A stretch of DNA of 64,000 nt from assembly GCF_020745735.1 (NCBI RefSeq), contig NC_083418.1:48439776-48503775 (forward strand). The letters run 5' to 3'. The first letter of the stretch is position 1, and the number at the start of each line of letters is the position of its first letter. This stretch comes from Hemiscyllium ocellatum. Lineage: Eukaryota. The notes beneath the pieces are model-generated. The model was not told where the DNA came from, searched no databases, and saw only the letters and a list, made by a program, of their open reading frames with translations. This document shows, piece by piece, positions 63,724 through 64,000 of this stretch. Made by a program: the position numbers and the translations under genes.

Positions 63724-64000
63724 AATTTTGCATTAGCTTACCATGGTGTATTATTATGTTGCACTTTTTAAAAAAATCTGAGATCAACTAGTGTTCTTTT
63801 ACTGATCATTTTAATTTAAATTTAAACTCCCATCCCACATATGACACAAGGGAATCATTTCAGTTGCCATATACGTCTTCACAGCTTTTGACATACAAGA
63901 TACCCAAAATTCTACACCATAGTCTAATTGTCAGCAAACCCACACTTTTTCGGGCCCTAGAAATGTTTAGAGTGAATTTAATTTTTGGAGGGTTAGAGGT

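Noticed and set aside
63730-63750. Minus-strand CACCATG|gtaagc as an alternative first exon
   Set aside because: Phase 0, incompatible with the phase-2 start of the 63166 exon, and adjacent to a SINE.

Overview
Eukaryotic, repeat-rich vertebrate DNA. The HE1-type SINEs and HER1/CR1 LINEs point to a shark or other elasmobranch (inference). The whole window lies inside one minus-strand gene that I recognise as PLEKHA7, an adherens-junction scaffold. Fifteen coding exons (63166 down to 948, 2476 nt in total) can be traced with compatible splice phases. They encode the post-PH region, the coiled coil and the proline-rich region; the WW/PH exons and the C-terminus lie outside the window. One intron has a GC donor, and two exons look like cassettes absent from the canonical human protein as I recall it. 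The introns hold CR1/HER1 LINE fragments, HE1 V-SINEs, other SINEs, two Tc1/pogo-type MITEs, a solo LTR, a Harbinger Myb-like remnant and three Penelope-like (GIY-YIG) fragments. The main hunt result is a family of at least 8 short (80-215 bp) non-coding elements, most of them palindromic. They derive from Penelope pseudo-LTRs, carry a minimal hammerhead-ribozyme core (CTGANGA-A-GGGC-TTAT-GCCC-GAAA-CGTC) and in several cases have 13-14 bp target-site duplications. Other notable items are a candidate in-frame alternative first or cassette exon at 53568 and an unexplained ~125-bp inverted repeat at 18914-19685. Most ORFs in the supplied track are transposon debris or chance ORFs. Transposon boundaries are approximate unless a TSD or TIR is quoted.
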